A DNA stretch of 64,000 nt from a virus. Of this stretch, positions 28,919-36,439 are shown piece after piece. Location: IMG/VR virus record IMGVR_UViG_3300020430_000007. One strand, 5' to 3'. The notes below the pieces were generated by a model. The model was not told the DNA's origin and did no database searches. It was given only the letters and a program-made list of their open reading frames with translations. A program made the translations under genes and the position numbers. The first letter of the stretch is position 1. Each line of letters begins with the position of its first letter.

Positions 28919-29073
28919 TGTTTGCAATATTCACTTCGCCCATCAAATTCTCAAAGTCATACAAAAATGCTTGTAAAATTGCAGATGACTATTACAACAA
29001 AACTGGTCAAGTTGTAGCAGTTGAGAGCATAAGCAAATCTAGTGTATGGCATTTACCCTCTTTAGCATCATGA
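28918..29073 (+). CDS. Small early hypothetical protein (51 aa)
   Basis: MFAIFTSPIKFSKSYKNACKIADDYYNKTGQVVAVE..; TAATG overlap. Not in the ORF track. Confidence 0.5.
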   Translation: MFAIFTSPIKFSKSYKNACKIADDYYNKTGQVVAVESISKSSVWHLPSLAS

Positions 29074-29255
29074 ACAAAACTCAAAACGATCAATGCATCA
29101 ACTTTATGAGTTTAGCATTACAATACTTTTGTGAAGCAAATTCGTTACCATTTATGTCAGCAGATGATCTATTATATGGTCAGATAGTGACAACAACTAA
29201 ACAAAAGTTATGGTTACATAGTTATATGCAACTTTGGCAATCGTTAGACATATAA
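29070..29255 (+). CDS. Small early hypothetical protein
   Basis: ATGA overlap; MNKTQNDQC..LPFMSADDLL. Confidence 0.55.
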   Translation: MNKTQNDQCINFMSLALQYFCEANSLPFMSADDLLYGQIVTTTKQKLWLHSYMQLWQSLDI

Positions 29256-29305
29256 TAACATTATCTTGCAATTATTCTTTTATTCTTCACATTATTCGTT
29301 CTATT

Positions 29306-29461
29306 ATGTCCTCTAAAAAGTATCAACAATTACAGATCAATTTGACCGCAGTAAGTGATAAGCAAAGAGAGGCTAAACGCCATGAATTGTTGTCACTTAG
29401 TGAGCATAATTTAGTGAATAAACATCATAATAAACCATGGAGGACAATCAACAACTATTAG
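29306..29461 (+). CDS. Small early hypothetical protein
   Basis: MSSKKYQQLQINL..KPWRTINNY. Confidence 0.5.
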   Translation: MSSKKYQQLQINLTAVSDKQREAKRHELLSLSEHNLVNKHHNKPWRTINNY

Positions 29462-29462
29462 T

Positions 29463-29519
29463 GTGACAGTAAACAAACTGTCCACATTTTCCCTATTCCT
29501 GATAATTGTTGACTATAAT
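29463..29519 (+). promoter_or_regulatory. Early promoter element copy 5
   Basis: GTGACAGTA-AACA-AACTGTCCAC, TATAAT at 29514 (47 nt). Confidence 0.75.
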
Positions 29520-29599
29520 AAAGACATAACAAGGATGCTAACATTCACAAGTGCTTAGGGATACCATCCTTGTTATACAAGTTTTTTATCGTGTTTATT

Positions 29600-29818
29600 A
29601 TGATCCACTCATTACATTTTGGAAGAGCATTTTGGTTGAATCTTGATAATGAGCTCATGTCCGCACCATGGTTGAAAACTGGTGAGGTTTTAGACGGAAC
29701 TTATGGAACTGATGACCAATCTGACTACGTTTGTGAGTGGACTGATTTTGAAGGGGTTGATATAGCATTATTACTCAAAATTCACAAAGATTTATTACTT
29801 GCTGAGACAGTTCAATAA
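29600..29818 (+). CDS. Small early hypothetical protein
   Basis: MIHSLHFGRAFWLNLDNELMSAP... Confidence 0.6.
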   Translation: MIHSLHFGRAFWLNLDNELMSAPWLKTGEVLDGTYGTDDQSDYVCEWTDFEGVDIALLLKIHKDLLLAETVQ

Positions 29819-29861
29819 CTGTCACAGCATTGCCCCATAACTCTACAAGGGGCATTATAAT
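29804..29861 (+). promoter_or_regulatory. Early promoter element copy 6
   Basis: GAGACAGTT-CAAT-AACTGTCACA, TATAAT at 29856. Confidence 0.8.
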
Positions 29862-29883
29862 AAGAACATATACAGAAAAACTC

Positions 29884-30072
29884 ATGAACATTGCAACATC
29901 AAAATTTTTATATAGAATCTCAACACCTAATAAAATTGTAGGTGATGACATTTTTACAAATGATCTAAACTCAGCAACTCTATTTTGTTTAGAATGTGCT
30001 AGAGATTATGGATCTGCAGCAGTTTACAATCATCAGACAGGCAAACTCATACAGACTATAGGACAGTCATAG
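29884..30072 (+). CDS. Small early hypothetical protein
   Basis: ATG 23 nt after TATAAT; MNIATSKFLYRI... Confidence 0.55.
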   Translation: MNIATSKFLYRISTPNKIVGDDIFTNDLNSATLFCLECARDYGSAAVYNHQTGKLIQTIGQS

Positions 30073-30117
30073 AACTGTCACAGTGACACGTGCAATATTA
30101 TCTCAATGCACTATAAT
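30060..30117 (+). promoter_or_regulatory. Early promoter element copy 7
   Basis: AGGACAGTC-ATAG-AACTGTCACA, TATAAT at 30112. Confidence 0.8.
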
Positions 30118-30143
30118 AAAATCATAACAGAAATTTACAAACT

Positions 30144-30326
30144 ATGTCAACATTACACCACGAATCACTCTTAGAAACATGCTACGATGAAGCATGGGAA
30201 GAATACAGAAAAGAGCACAATCTCACCTCAGATCAACTATATGCATTAGAGCAAAATTCAGAGCATGGTTATTTACCAGTCATCGCTGACAATGCTAGGA
30301 AAAAATTTGATGATTTATGCATGTAG
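30144..30326 (+). CDS. Small early hypothetical protein
   Basis: MSTLHHESLLETCYDEAWEE..ARKKFDDLC. Confidence 0.65.
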   Translation: MSTLHHESLLETCYDEAWEEYRKEHNLTSDQLYALEQNSEHGYLPVIADNARKKFDDLCM

Positions 30327-30383
30327 TGGACAGTTCACAAACTGTCTATTTTTTTACACATGCTCTATAATAGGCATTATAAT
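30327..30383 (+). promoter_or_regulatory. Early promoter element copy 8
   Basis: TGGACAGTT-CACA-AACTGTCTA, TATAAT at 30378. Confidence 0.75.
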
Positions 30384-30416
30384 AAGTACATAACAAACAA
30401 ACAATCCTTTCTACAT
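30372..30416 (+). repeat. 45-nt exact direct repeat, copy 1 (promoter -10 plus leader)
   Basis: AGGCATTATAATAAGTACATAACAAACAAACAATCCTTTCTACAT, identical at 30969-31013. Confidence 0.9.
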
Positions 30417-30699
30417 GACAATCACAGAATACAAACAACTCATCAAAAATGATACTCTTATGATAGGTCTTGACGTATCTGAAGAGAAAACAAACAAAAT
30501 CATCAACAGAATACTAGAGGTTGATAATTTTCAAAACGTCGCATGCTATTGTGCAGACTTCTCAGAATTTGTAGAAGAGTTAGCAGAATGGGGAGTTGAC
30601 GGATGTGCAAAAGTTTACTTCGATGACCCAGATTTGAATATTGCTAAACTTGATGCATTTATCAAGGCAGAAAACGGTTACATCAGAGAGGGCAAATAA
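30415..30699 (+). CDS. Small early hypothetical protein
   Basis: 94 aa ORF starting at the end of the promoter leader. Confidence 0.65.
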   Translation: MTITEYKQLIKNDTLMIGLDVSEEKTNKIINRILEVDNFQNVACYCADFSEFVEELAEWGVDGCAKVYFDDPDLNIAKLDAFIKAENGYIREGK

Positions 30700-30700
30700 T

Positions 30701-30979
30701 ATGCAATTACAATCTAAAACCTCAAAAGATGTACCATCACCAGTAACAGTAGATTATTATCAAATCAAGGGAACCGATCAAGTAAGATTGAGAGTAATTA
30801 CATTACTAGGCAAAACTCTCAATAAGACTTGCATCGAAGTACATGATATGGCAAGAGAGATTGATAATTTATTATTACATGAATTTGCAGTAACTGTCAA
30901 TACCAACCGACCTAGACAGATTGTGCCAGTCAAAGAAGTGGCACAATGTCTCACACATTACCATGCTCAGGCATTATAA
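30701..30979 (+). CDS. Small early hypothetical protein
   Basis: MQLQSKTSK..VDYYQIKG; ATG 1 nt after the upstream stop; reads through promoter copy 9. Confidence 0.55.
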   Translation: MQLQSKTSKDVPSPVTVDYYQIKGTDQVRLRVITLLGKTLNKTCIEVHDMAREIDNLLLHEFAVTVNTNRPRQIVPVKEVAQCLTHYHAQAL

Positions 30980-30980
30980 T
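30923..30980 (+). promoter_or_regulatory. Early promoter element copy 9
   Basis: GTGCCAGTC-AAAG-AAGTGGCACA, TATAAT at 30975. Confidence 0.8.
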
Positions 30981-31013
30981 AAGTACATAACAAACAAACA
31001 ATCCTTTCTACAT
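30969..31013 (+). repeat. 45-nt exact direct repeat, copy 2
   Basis: Identical to 30372-30416. Confidence 0.9.
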
Positions 31014-31014
31014 C

Positions 31015-31359
31015 ATGCGTAAAATCGAATCACAAATGAACAATGCAATCAAAAACAAAATTGCATGGTCTAAAGACAACACACTCACCACTTTTGACAA
31101 TACTCTTGAAAATTGCTTTGTTTACCTACATGGAAATCATATTGCAACTTACAATTATGAATCTCAAGAGTTATCCTTATTCGATGGCGGATGGCAGTCC
31201 AATACAACTAAATCTAGACTCAACGCACTTTGCTATGAGTTTGCAACTGGTTTTTCAGTATTTCAAAAAAACTGGAATTGGTTTGTAAGTGACTTTCAAG
31301 CAAAAACAATCAAGAATTTCACTGACGGCATTACAGTAAATTACAACGGATGTTTCTAA
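31015..31359 (+). CDS. Conserved early phage protein (MRKIE..VYLHGNHIA..TTKSRLNA type)
   Basis: Recognisable motif set of a widespread small early phage protein. Confidence 0.75.
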   Translation: MRKIESQMNNAIKNKIAWSKDNTLTTFDNTLENCFVYLHGNHIATYNYESQELSLFDGGWQSNTTKSRLNALCYEFATGFSVFQKNWNWFVSDFQAKTIKNFTDGITVNYNGCF

Positions 31360-31399
31360 TAACATCCTCTACAAATCACTCTACTAAGTAACAACTATC

Positions 31400-31573
31400 A
31401 TGAACAATTTCTACTCTTTTTCTTATCAACAATCAGACGATGATTATCAAGCAGATTTTAACTATAATTGTACACAATTTGTTGATGAAGATGATATTTT
31501 TTCTACTATAGATGCACCGTCTATATATGAAACAATAGACAAAGAAACACAGTCAATTCTTAACACTTTCTAG
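31400..31573 (+). CDS. Small acidic hypothetical protein (57 aa)
   Basis: MNNFYSFSYQQSDDDYQADF..; last ORF of the early array. Not in the ORF track. Confidence 0.45.
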   Translation: MNNFYSFSYQQSDDDYQADFNYNCTQFVDEDDIFSTIDAPSIYETIDKETQSILNTF

Positions 31574-32225
31574 GTAACACGCATGAGACCCGCACTAACA
31601 ACAACTCAACCAAATTACACACGTAAAAGTATTACAAATACTAGTGTTATTCTCCCTGATAATGTATATAAATCGTTATTCAAAATGCATCCATCTGATG
31701 CTTACATATTCGGTATAGATTGTGAACCGCAAAATGTTATAAATGTATAAAAAAACATATGTTTGTTTTATATAAACTTTGTAAATGTTCTCACTAATTG
31801 TTACCTTAGCGAGCAACATAACAAAAGTCAAGTATAAGAATTGTGGAGTGACTTCGCCACTATCTAACACAAAAGACAGTCAATTTGTCCCTTATTCTTT
31901 ATAACAATTATGAGCAAATTGCAGGCACTATCTGAACTCGAAGCAGCAAGTACTTCAAGGACAGTTAGACACATTTTATACAAATATTACAGAGGTAACT
32001 GGTAACAATTATAAGACATTCAACAGATATATTATAACACATACTTGAAAGGATTGCAAGGGGTACGGATAACACGAATTGACAGTGTTTTTCGTGCCTT
32101 TTGTGTTATAATGGGGGGGCGGTTAGCTAAAAAAGCAAACAACCCTAACCTACAAAAGTATCCCAACGAGCGATATATAAAAAAAATCGCAAAAAAATTT
32201 TTTGCCCTTAAAAAAAATTCTGGAT
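31574..32225. other. Largely non-coding AT-rich region, candidate replication origin
   Basis: Longest ORF-poor stretch. Contains the AT palindrome TATAAAA-AAACATATGTTT-GTTTTATA, an extended -10 (TGTTATAAT, TATAAT at 32107) followed by G7, then A/T tracts and a GCGAT..ATCGC hairpin. Confidence 0.4.
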
Positions 32226-33173
32226 ATGTTTGTATACTGGGGATCTAATGATTCTGGCAAGGCACATCTGAAGCACTATGCCAAACTGAATAATAAAACG
32301 GTTCTCATGTGGTGGCCGAATGAGATTCATAAGGTAAAGACCACAACCCATATCAATGAATGGTCATGGGCGGATGAGACTGTTCATCGTATCAAGTATC
32401 ATGACTTGGACGGTTTTCGTAAATGTGAAAAGACAGAAAACCAGATATGGATAAACACGTTTCTATTTGAAAATTACGCTGCTACTATTAAGAGTACAAT
32501 CAACCCTACCATAAATAAAGGTAAATATGGAAAACATGAAAAACATAAGAAGATATACACAAAAGAACAAATAAAGAAATATACACAGAAGGAGTATATC
32601 AACACTTCAGTATACTTTGATATTATCTCAACGTTTAATAAAGCATATGGTAATGGTATCTGTAAACCATTGACTCATGATACTCTAAAGAATCACTATG
32701 ATGAGATACTGGAAGATGTAGATGTAATCACATTCACTCTCCCAGACTGGGCGATAGATGATTTAGAGGATGTACTCAGAAAGTCTGTCAATATCATACC
32801 GTATAAATCAAATCAACTTGATTCGGCAATCAGTAAATTAGATCACTTCAATAATGTAGAGAAGACAAATCTATTTGAAGTTTACAAAACTGATAAGAAG
32901 AGAGTATGGCGTTACCTAGATTGGTATCGTGAGGAAGTGGATAATACAATAGACAAACTATCACAGCGTAACATACCTTATACATTGTTTGATTTAGATA
33001 CTGATAGTTACCCTGAAACTTTTGGATGGGAAATTGACGTAGATCGTAAGTTCAGTCATCGAGGTGTAGCATGGAATCATGAGAATTATAACAGAGTCAA
33101 AGAAATTGCCGAGGAGTATGTCATAAATAAGTCAGGATACTATCACGATAAAAATGGCATACACAAGGGATGA
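32226..33173 (+). CDS. Family A paralogue (sixth copy, remote from the others)
   Basis: MFVYWGSNDSGK..LNNKT, NIIPYKSN, IPYTLFDLDTDSY. Confidence 0.6.
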   Translation: MFVYWGSNDSGKAHLKHYAKLNNKTVLMWWPNEIHKVKTTTHINEWSWADETVHRIKYHDLDGFRKCEKTENQIWINTFLFENYAATIKSTINPTINKGKYGKHEKHKKIYTKEQIKKYTQKEYINTSVYFDIISTFNKAYGNGICKPLTHDTLKNHYDEILEDVDVITFTLPDWAIDDLEDVLRKSVNIIPYKSNQLDSAISKLDHFNNVEKTNLFEVYKTDKKRVWRYLDWYREEVDNTIDKLSQRNIPYTLFDLDTDSYPETFGWEIDVDRKFSHRGVAWNHENYNRVKEIAEEYVINKSGYYHDKNGIHKG

Positions 33174-33369
33174 TGACGGTTTAGTAGGAAAAATCACACG
33201 GAACTCTGCAGGTAAATATGAGTGGAGTTTAGGTGAGTTTTATAAAGATGCTGAGATTGTTGGTAAGACTGGCACTTTTAATGGAAGGACACAACTTGTA
33301 AAAGGAACCGAAGATGATTACGACACCGCAGCAGCAGCACTAAAAGCAGCATTCGTGGCAGCAGAATAG
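33154..33369 (+). CDS. Small hypothetical protein, probably late
   Basis: 71 aa; CATAAATA late-promoter-like box at 33122-33129. Confidence 0.55.
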   Translation: MAYTRDDDGLVGKITRNSAGKYEWSLGEFYKDAEIVGKTGTFNGRTQLVKGTEDDYDTAAAALKAAFVAAE

Positions 33370-34121
33370 CATCGAAGCATACATATATCAGCTGAGTAGA
33401 CAATAAAAGTATATCCTTCTTGTCGCCTCTCAGAGAATTCTTCTTTAGGATCCTTTGAGAGGTGATTTCCTGGTATGTGATAACCGATTGGCACATTATT
33501 TCGTAGACATCCTTTCTTGAACTCTCCTAACACTTGCAAGTATTTGACATTTTCAAAATCACCTGCACAACCGAGAGATGCTGAAAGATCATACGGACCT
33601 ATCAGTGCAACATCCACATCGACACTTAGAATCTCATCGATGTTTTCCACAGCTTCGTAGTGTTCTATCATTGGTATGAGTAACGGTTGTTGTCCTAATC
33701 CTTCTCGGTGCTCATGAAATTGTATACCATACCCGTTTCCTCTGTTAAACCCTATACCCCGTGTGCCTCTGGGTGGCAGCGAGAAACTCTCTTTTATCTC
33801 AGAGAGTTGTGATTTATTTCTTATTTGAGGAACTATGATACCAGCAGCACCTTGTTCTAATGCTTCAATGGCACAATAGGAGTCTGGTTTAGATATACGT
33901 GCTAAAGGTAATGTATTGCCTAATTCCAATGCCCGAAATATGTTTGGTAACTGATCACGTGTAATATTACTATGTTCTAAGTCTACTCCTATAAAATCAA
34001 ATCCTTGTGATCCTAAGATCTCTGCAACCTCAGGACAGGGTAATTGCATCCAAGACCCTACAACATGTCTACCTTCTGCTAAATATTGTCGAATCTTTTG
34101 AACTGCTGCAAATTTATTCAT
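33318..34121 (-). CDS. HpcH/HpaI-family class II pyruvate aldolase
   Basis: GSWMQL..GFDFIGVDLEHS, PLARI, GAAGIIVPQI, PPRGTRG, MIEH, IGPYDLSASLG. Confidence 0.9.
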   Translation of the reverse strand: MNKFAAVQKIRQYLAEGRHVVGSWMQLPCPEVAEILGSQGFDFIGVDLEHSNITRDQLPNIFRALELGNTLPLARISKPDSYCAIEALEQGAAGIIVPQIRNKSQLSEIKESFSLPPRGTRGIGFNRGNGYGIQFHEHREGLGQQPLLIPMIEHYEAVENIDEILSVDVDVALIGPYDLSASLGCAGDFENVKYLQVLGEFKKGCLRNNVPIGYHIPGNHLSKDPKEEFSERRQEGYTFIVYSADICMLRCYSAATNAAFSAAAAVS

Positions 34122-34701
34122 GATTTTATTCTCTGGATGTAGTATAACATATGGTGATGAGTTAGTAAACCCCGAAAAAGACAGATTTTCTAAAAATCAT
34201 ATCAATATTGCACGGTGTGGATTGTCAAATGACATGATTGTCATGAGAACTATCGAGTATATTGAACAAAATCCCGATGTAGATTACGTTATAACGCAAT
34301 TTACAGTGCCTAGACGGTCAACATACTACAAAAATGAGTGGAAAAGCATCACACCATGGATAAAAAACGTGCAATCAGATGTATATTATAAGTATTTGGA
34401 CTCTCAAGAAATGAGAAATATGAATTTATGGAAAAATGTGTATATTTTAGAGCAATATTTACGTGACATACCGCATTATTTCTGGAGATTGAGTGAAAGC
34501 ACAGAGAAATCATCAACAAATGACGGTATTTTTAAGAATTTGGTGCCTTGGAGTAATATGAAGACCTTATATGAACTAATTGGCAGACCCGATACATCTC
34601 CTCAACACTATGTAACTGGTCACCCTAACAAAAAAGGTCATGATTTGATTGCTCAACACCTCCAAGGCGTTGTCCCAAACATATTATACCACTCATCGTA
34701 G
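34120..34701 (+). CDS. SGNH/GDSL-like hydrolase or acyltransferase, copy 1
   Basis: Block I ILFSGCSITYG, block II G-SND, terminal HPNKKGHDLIA. Confidence 0.7.
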   Translation: MILFSGCSITYGDELVNPEKDRFSKNHINIARCGLSNDMIVMRTIEYIEQNPDVDYVITQFTVPRRSTYYKNEWKSITPWIKNVQSDVYYKYLDSQEMRNMNLWKNVYILEQYLRDIPHYFWRLSESTEKSSTNDGIFKNLVPWSNMKTLYELIGRPDTSPQHYVTGHPNKKGHDLIAQHLQGVVPNILYHSS

Positions 34702-35567
34702 TATTTGGCAAGGTATCTTCGACCAAAACTCAAGTCATCATCAGTCAAATCCTCTAAATCAGAGGAATACTGGTCACTGAGGTTCTCATGGTGGGGTGCT
34801 TTTGTTCCCATTTCAGGATAATAGCAGTTAGGGTATAGATTTTTGATGTCAAAATGTAAAAAGTCACTAAGTTTTGCTAAAGCATCGTTTTTTCCACCCC
34901 ATAAATCTTCTGAAACTATGGTTGTGGTGCTAAAAATCGATTTATAACACTTTATTCTCTTAACAAACTCACAATTTATGCTATAATTGCCTTTCATAAG
35001 ATAATTTCTGAAATAATCTCTTGATGTAGGATATTTTTTACGTATATTTTTGTCATATTGGTATTGTGCCGACAATTCGCTGTATAATCTACGAACTGGG
35101 TCACGAAAAATTATTAAAACCTTAATTTTGAAGTGTTTTCTGAGTTGAGGTGCTATTTCTTTTATAAATTTTTGGGGAAGCATTGCATTGCTGTTAGAAA
35201 AATCAGCAACATATGCATATTCGTGTTTTATTCTCTCATAATGTCTTTTGTAATATTTGATATATGTCTCTAACGTCGGTTTTGTAAATAATTCTTCAAT
35301 CTCATCTAGATTTTCAGTAAAAGCATACTTATCTTTTAGATGCCACTCATTTTTGTAGTGTGGATTCTCGGATTTACCCATAATGAATTCATACCAAGGT
35401 CTTCTCCACTCCCATGCCTCATCGCTAAAAATATGATATAATAAGTGACTCTCCTTTTGTAGTCCTACATGGGCACACTTGTTAGAACGTTGTAATGTAA
35501 GGTGAAGAGGACTTGTAGCACTCCAACCAGTCCCTGCACCGATGATCAATGGAACTCTCATGTCCAA
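34653..35567 (-). CDS. Family B sulfotransferase-fold protein
   Basis: GAGTGWSATSPL (5'PSB-like), KE.H, DFSN, IIFRDPVRRLYS (3'PB-like), YYPEMG..DQY.SD. Confidence 0.7.
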   Translation of the reverse strand: MDMRVPLIIGAGTGWSATSPLHLTLQRSNKCAHVGLQKESHLLYHIFSDEAWEWRRPWYEFIMGKSENPHYKNEWHLKDKYAFTENLDEIEELFTKPTLETYIKYYKRHYERIKHEYAYVADFSNSNAMLPQKFIKEIAPQLRKHFKIKVLIIFRDPVRRLYSELSAQYQYDKNIRKKYPTSRDYFRNYLMKGNYSINCEFVKRIKCYKSIFSTTTIVSEDLWGGKNDALAKLSDFLHFDIKNLYPNCYYPEMGTKAPHHENLSDQYSSDLEDLTDDDLSFGRRYLAKYYDEWYNMFGTTPWRC

Positions 35568-36439
35568 GGCATAGTACCAAAGTAATTATACCACTCATCG
35601 TAATACTTTGTAAGGTGTTTTCTACCAAACTCAAGATCTTCTTCAGTCAAATCTTCTAAATCTGAAGACCATTGGTCTTTTAATTTCTTATGATGAGGTG
35701 CTTTTGTTCCCATCTCTGGAAAATATGCATTTGGCCACAATTTTTCAAACTTAAAATCTAAAAATTTCTCTAAGTTTTCTTGACAATTATTTTTTCCACC
35801 CCATAAATCCTCAGAAACGATACTTATGGTACTAAAATGCTCGTTGAATGATTTATAACTGCCAACATAATCAGAATTTGGAGTAATCTCTCCTTTTTTA
35901 AGATAACTTCTCCAATATTCTTTTGAAGTGCTATAACTATTTTGCAATTCTTTAGAATCTTGATATCTTTGAGACATTTCTGAGTATAATCTTCTTGTTG
36001 GATCTCTAAAAATCTTTAAAACCTTGATATCAAAATGTTTTTTTAATGTAGGAGCAATTTTTGCAATAAAATCTTTCGGTAAATTAGCATTACTGTTAGA
36101 AAAATCATGAACATACTTGAATTTGTGCTTCACACGTTCATAATGACGTTTATAATACTTGACATATATCTTTAAATTTGGACTTCTAGTGTAAAACTCT
36201 TTAATTTCATCTATATTATGATGTAACTTTTTAGAAGTCATCGAATTACCAACAAAACGTTTATACGAAGGTTCTCTCCATTGCCATACACTAGGGTCAT
36301 AAATATTCATCAGGAAATGGGGTTCTTTCAGAATACCTGGATGACTACATTTATTTGCACATGATAGTGTAAGATGAAGTGGAGTGGTCGCACACCAACC
36401 ATGTCCAGCTCCTATTATTAATGGAACTTTCTTATTCAT
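35558..36439 (-). CDS. Family B sulfotransferase-fold protein
   Basis: GAGHGWCATTPL, KEPH, DFSN, IFRDPTRRLYS, YFPEMG..DQWSSD. Confidence 0.7.
   Translation of the reverse strand: MNKKVPLIIGAGHGWCATTPLHLTLSCANKCSHPGILKEPHFLMNIYDPSVWQWREPSYKRFVGNSMTSKKLHHNIDEIKEFYTRSPNLKIYVKYYKRHYERVKHKFKYVHDFSNSNANLPKDFIAKIAPTLKKHFDIKVLKIFRDPTRRLYSEMSQRYQDSKELQNSYSTSKEYWRSYLKKGEITPNSDYVGSYKSFNEHFSTISIVSEDLWGGKNNCQENLEKFLDFKFEKLWPNAYFPEMGTKAPHHKKLKDQWSSDLEDLTEEDLEFGRKHLTKYYDEWYNYFGTMPWT

Noticed and set aside
28319-29883. ORF-track starts at 28319, 28625, 29046, 29234, 29570 and 29830
   Set aside because: These extend into promoters or upstream genes; downstream ATGs at 28412, 28670, 29070, 29306, 29600 and 29884 fit promoter and overlap geometry better.
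27901-30980. Regularly recurring palindromic repeats as a CRISPR array
   Set aside because: Repeats are degenerate, separated by hundreds of nt of coding sequence, tied to -10 boxes, and there are no cas genes.
32045-32248. 67-aa basic ORF across the G7/A-tract region
   Set aside because: TTG start with Lys/Phe runs generated by homopolymer tracts; better explained as non-coding.
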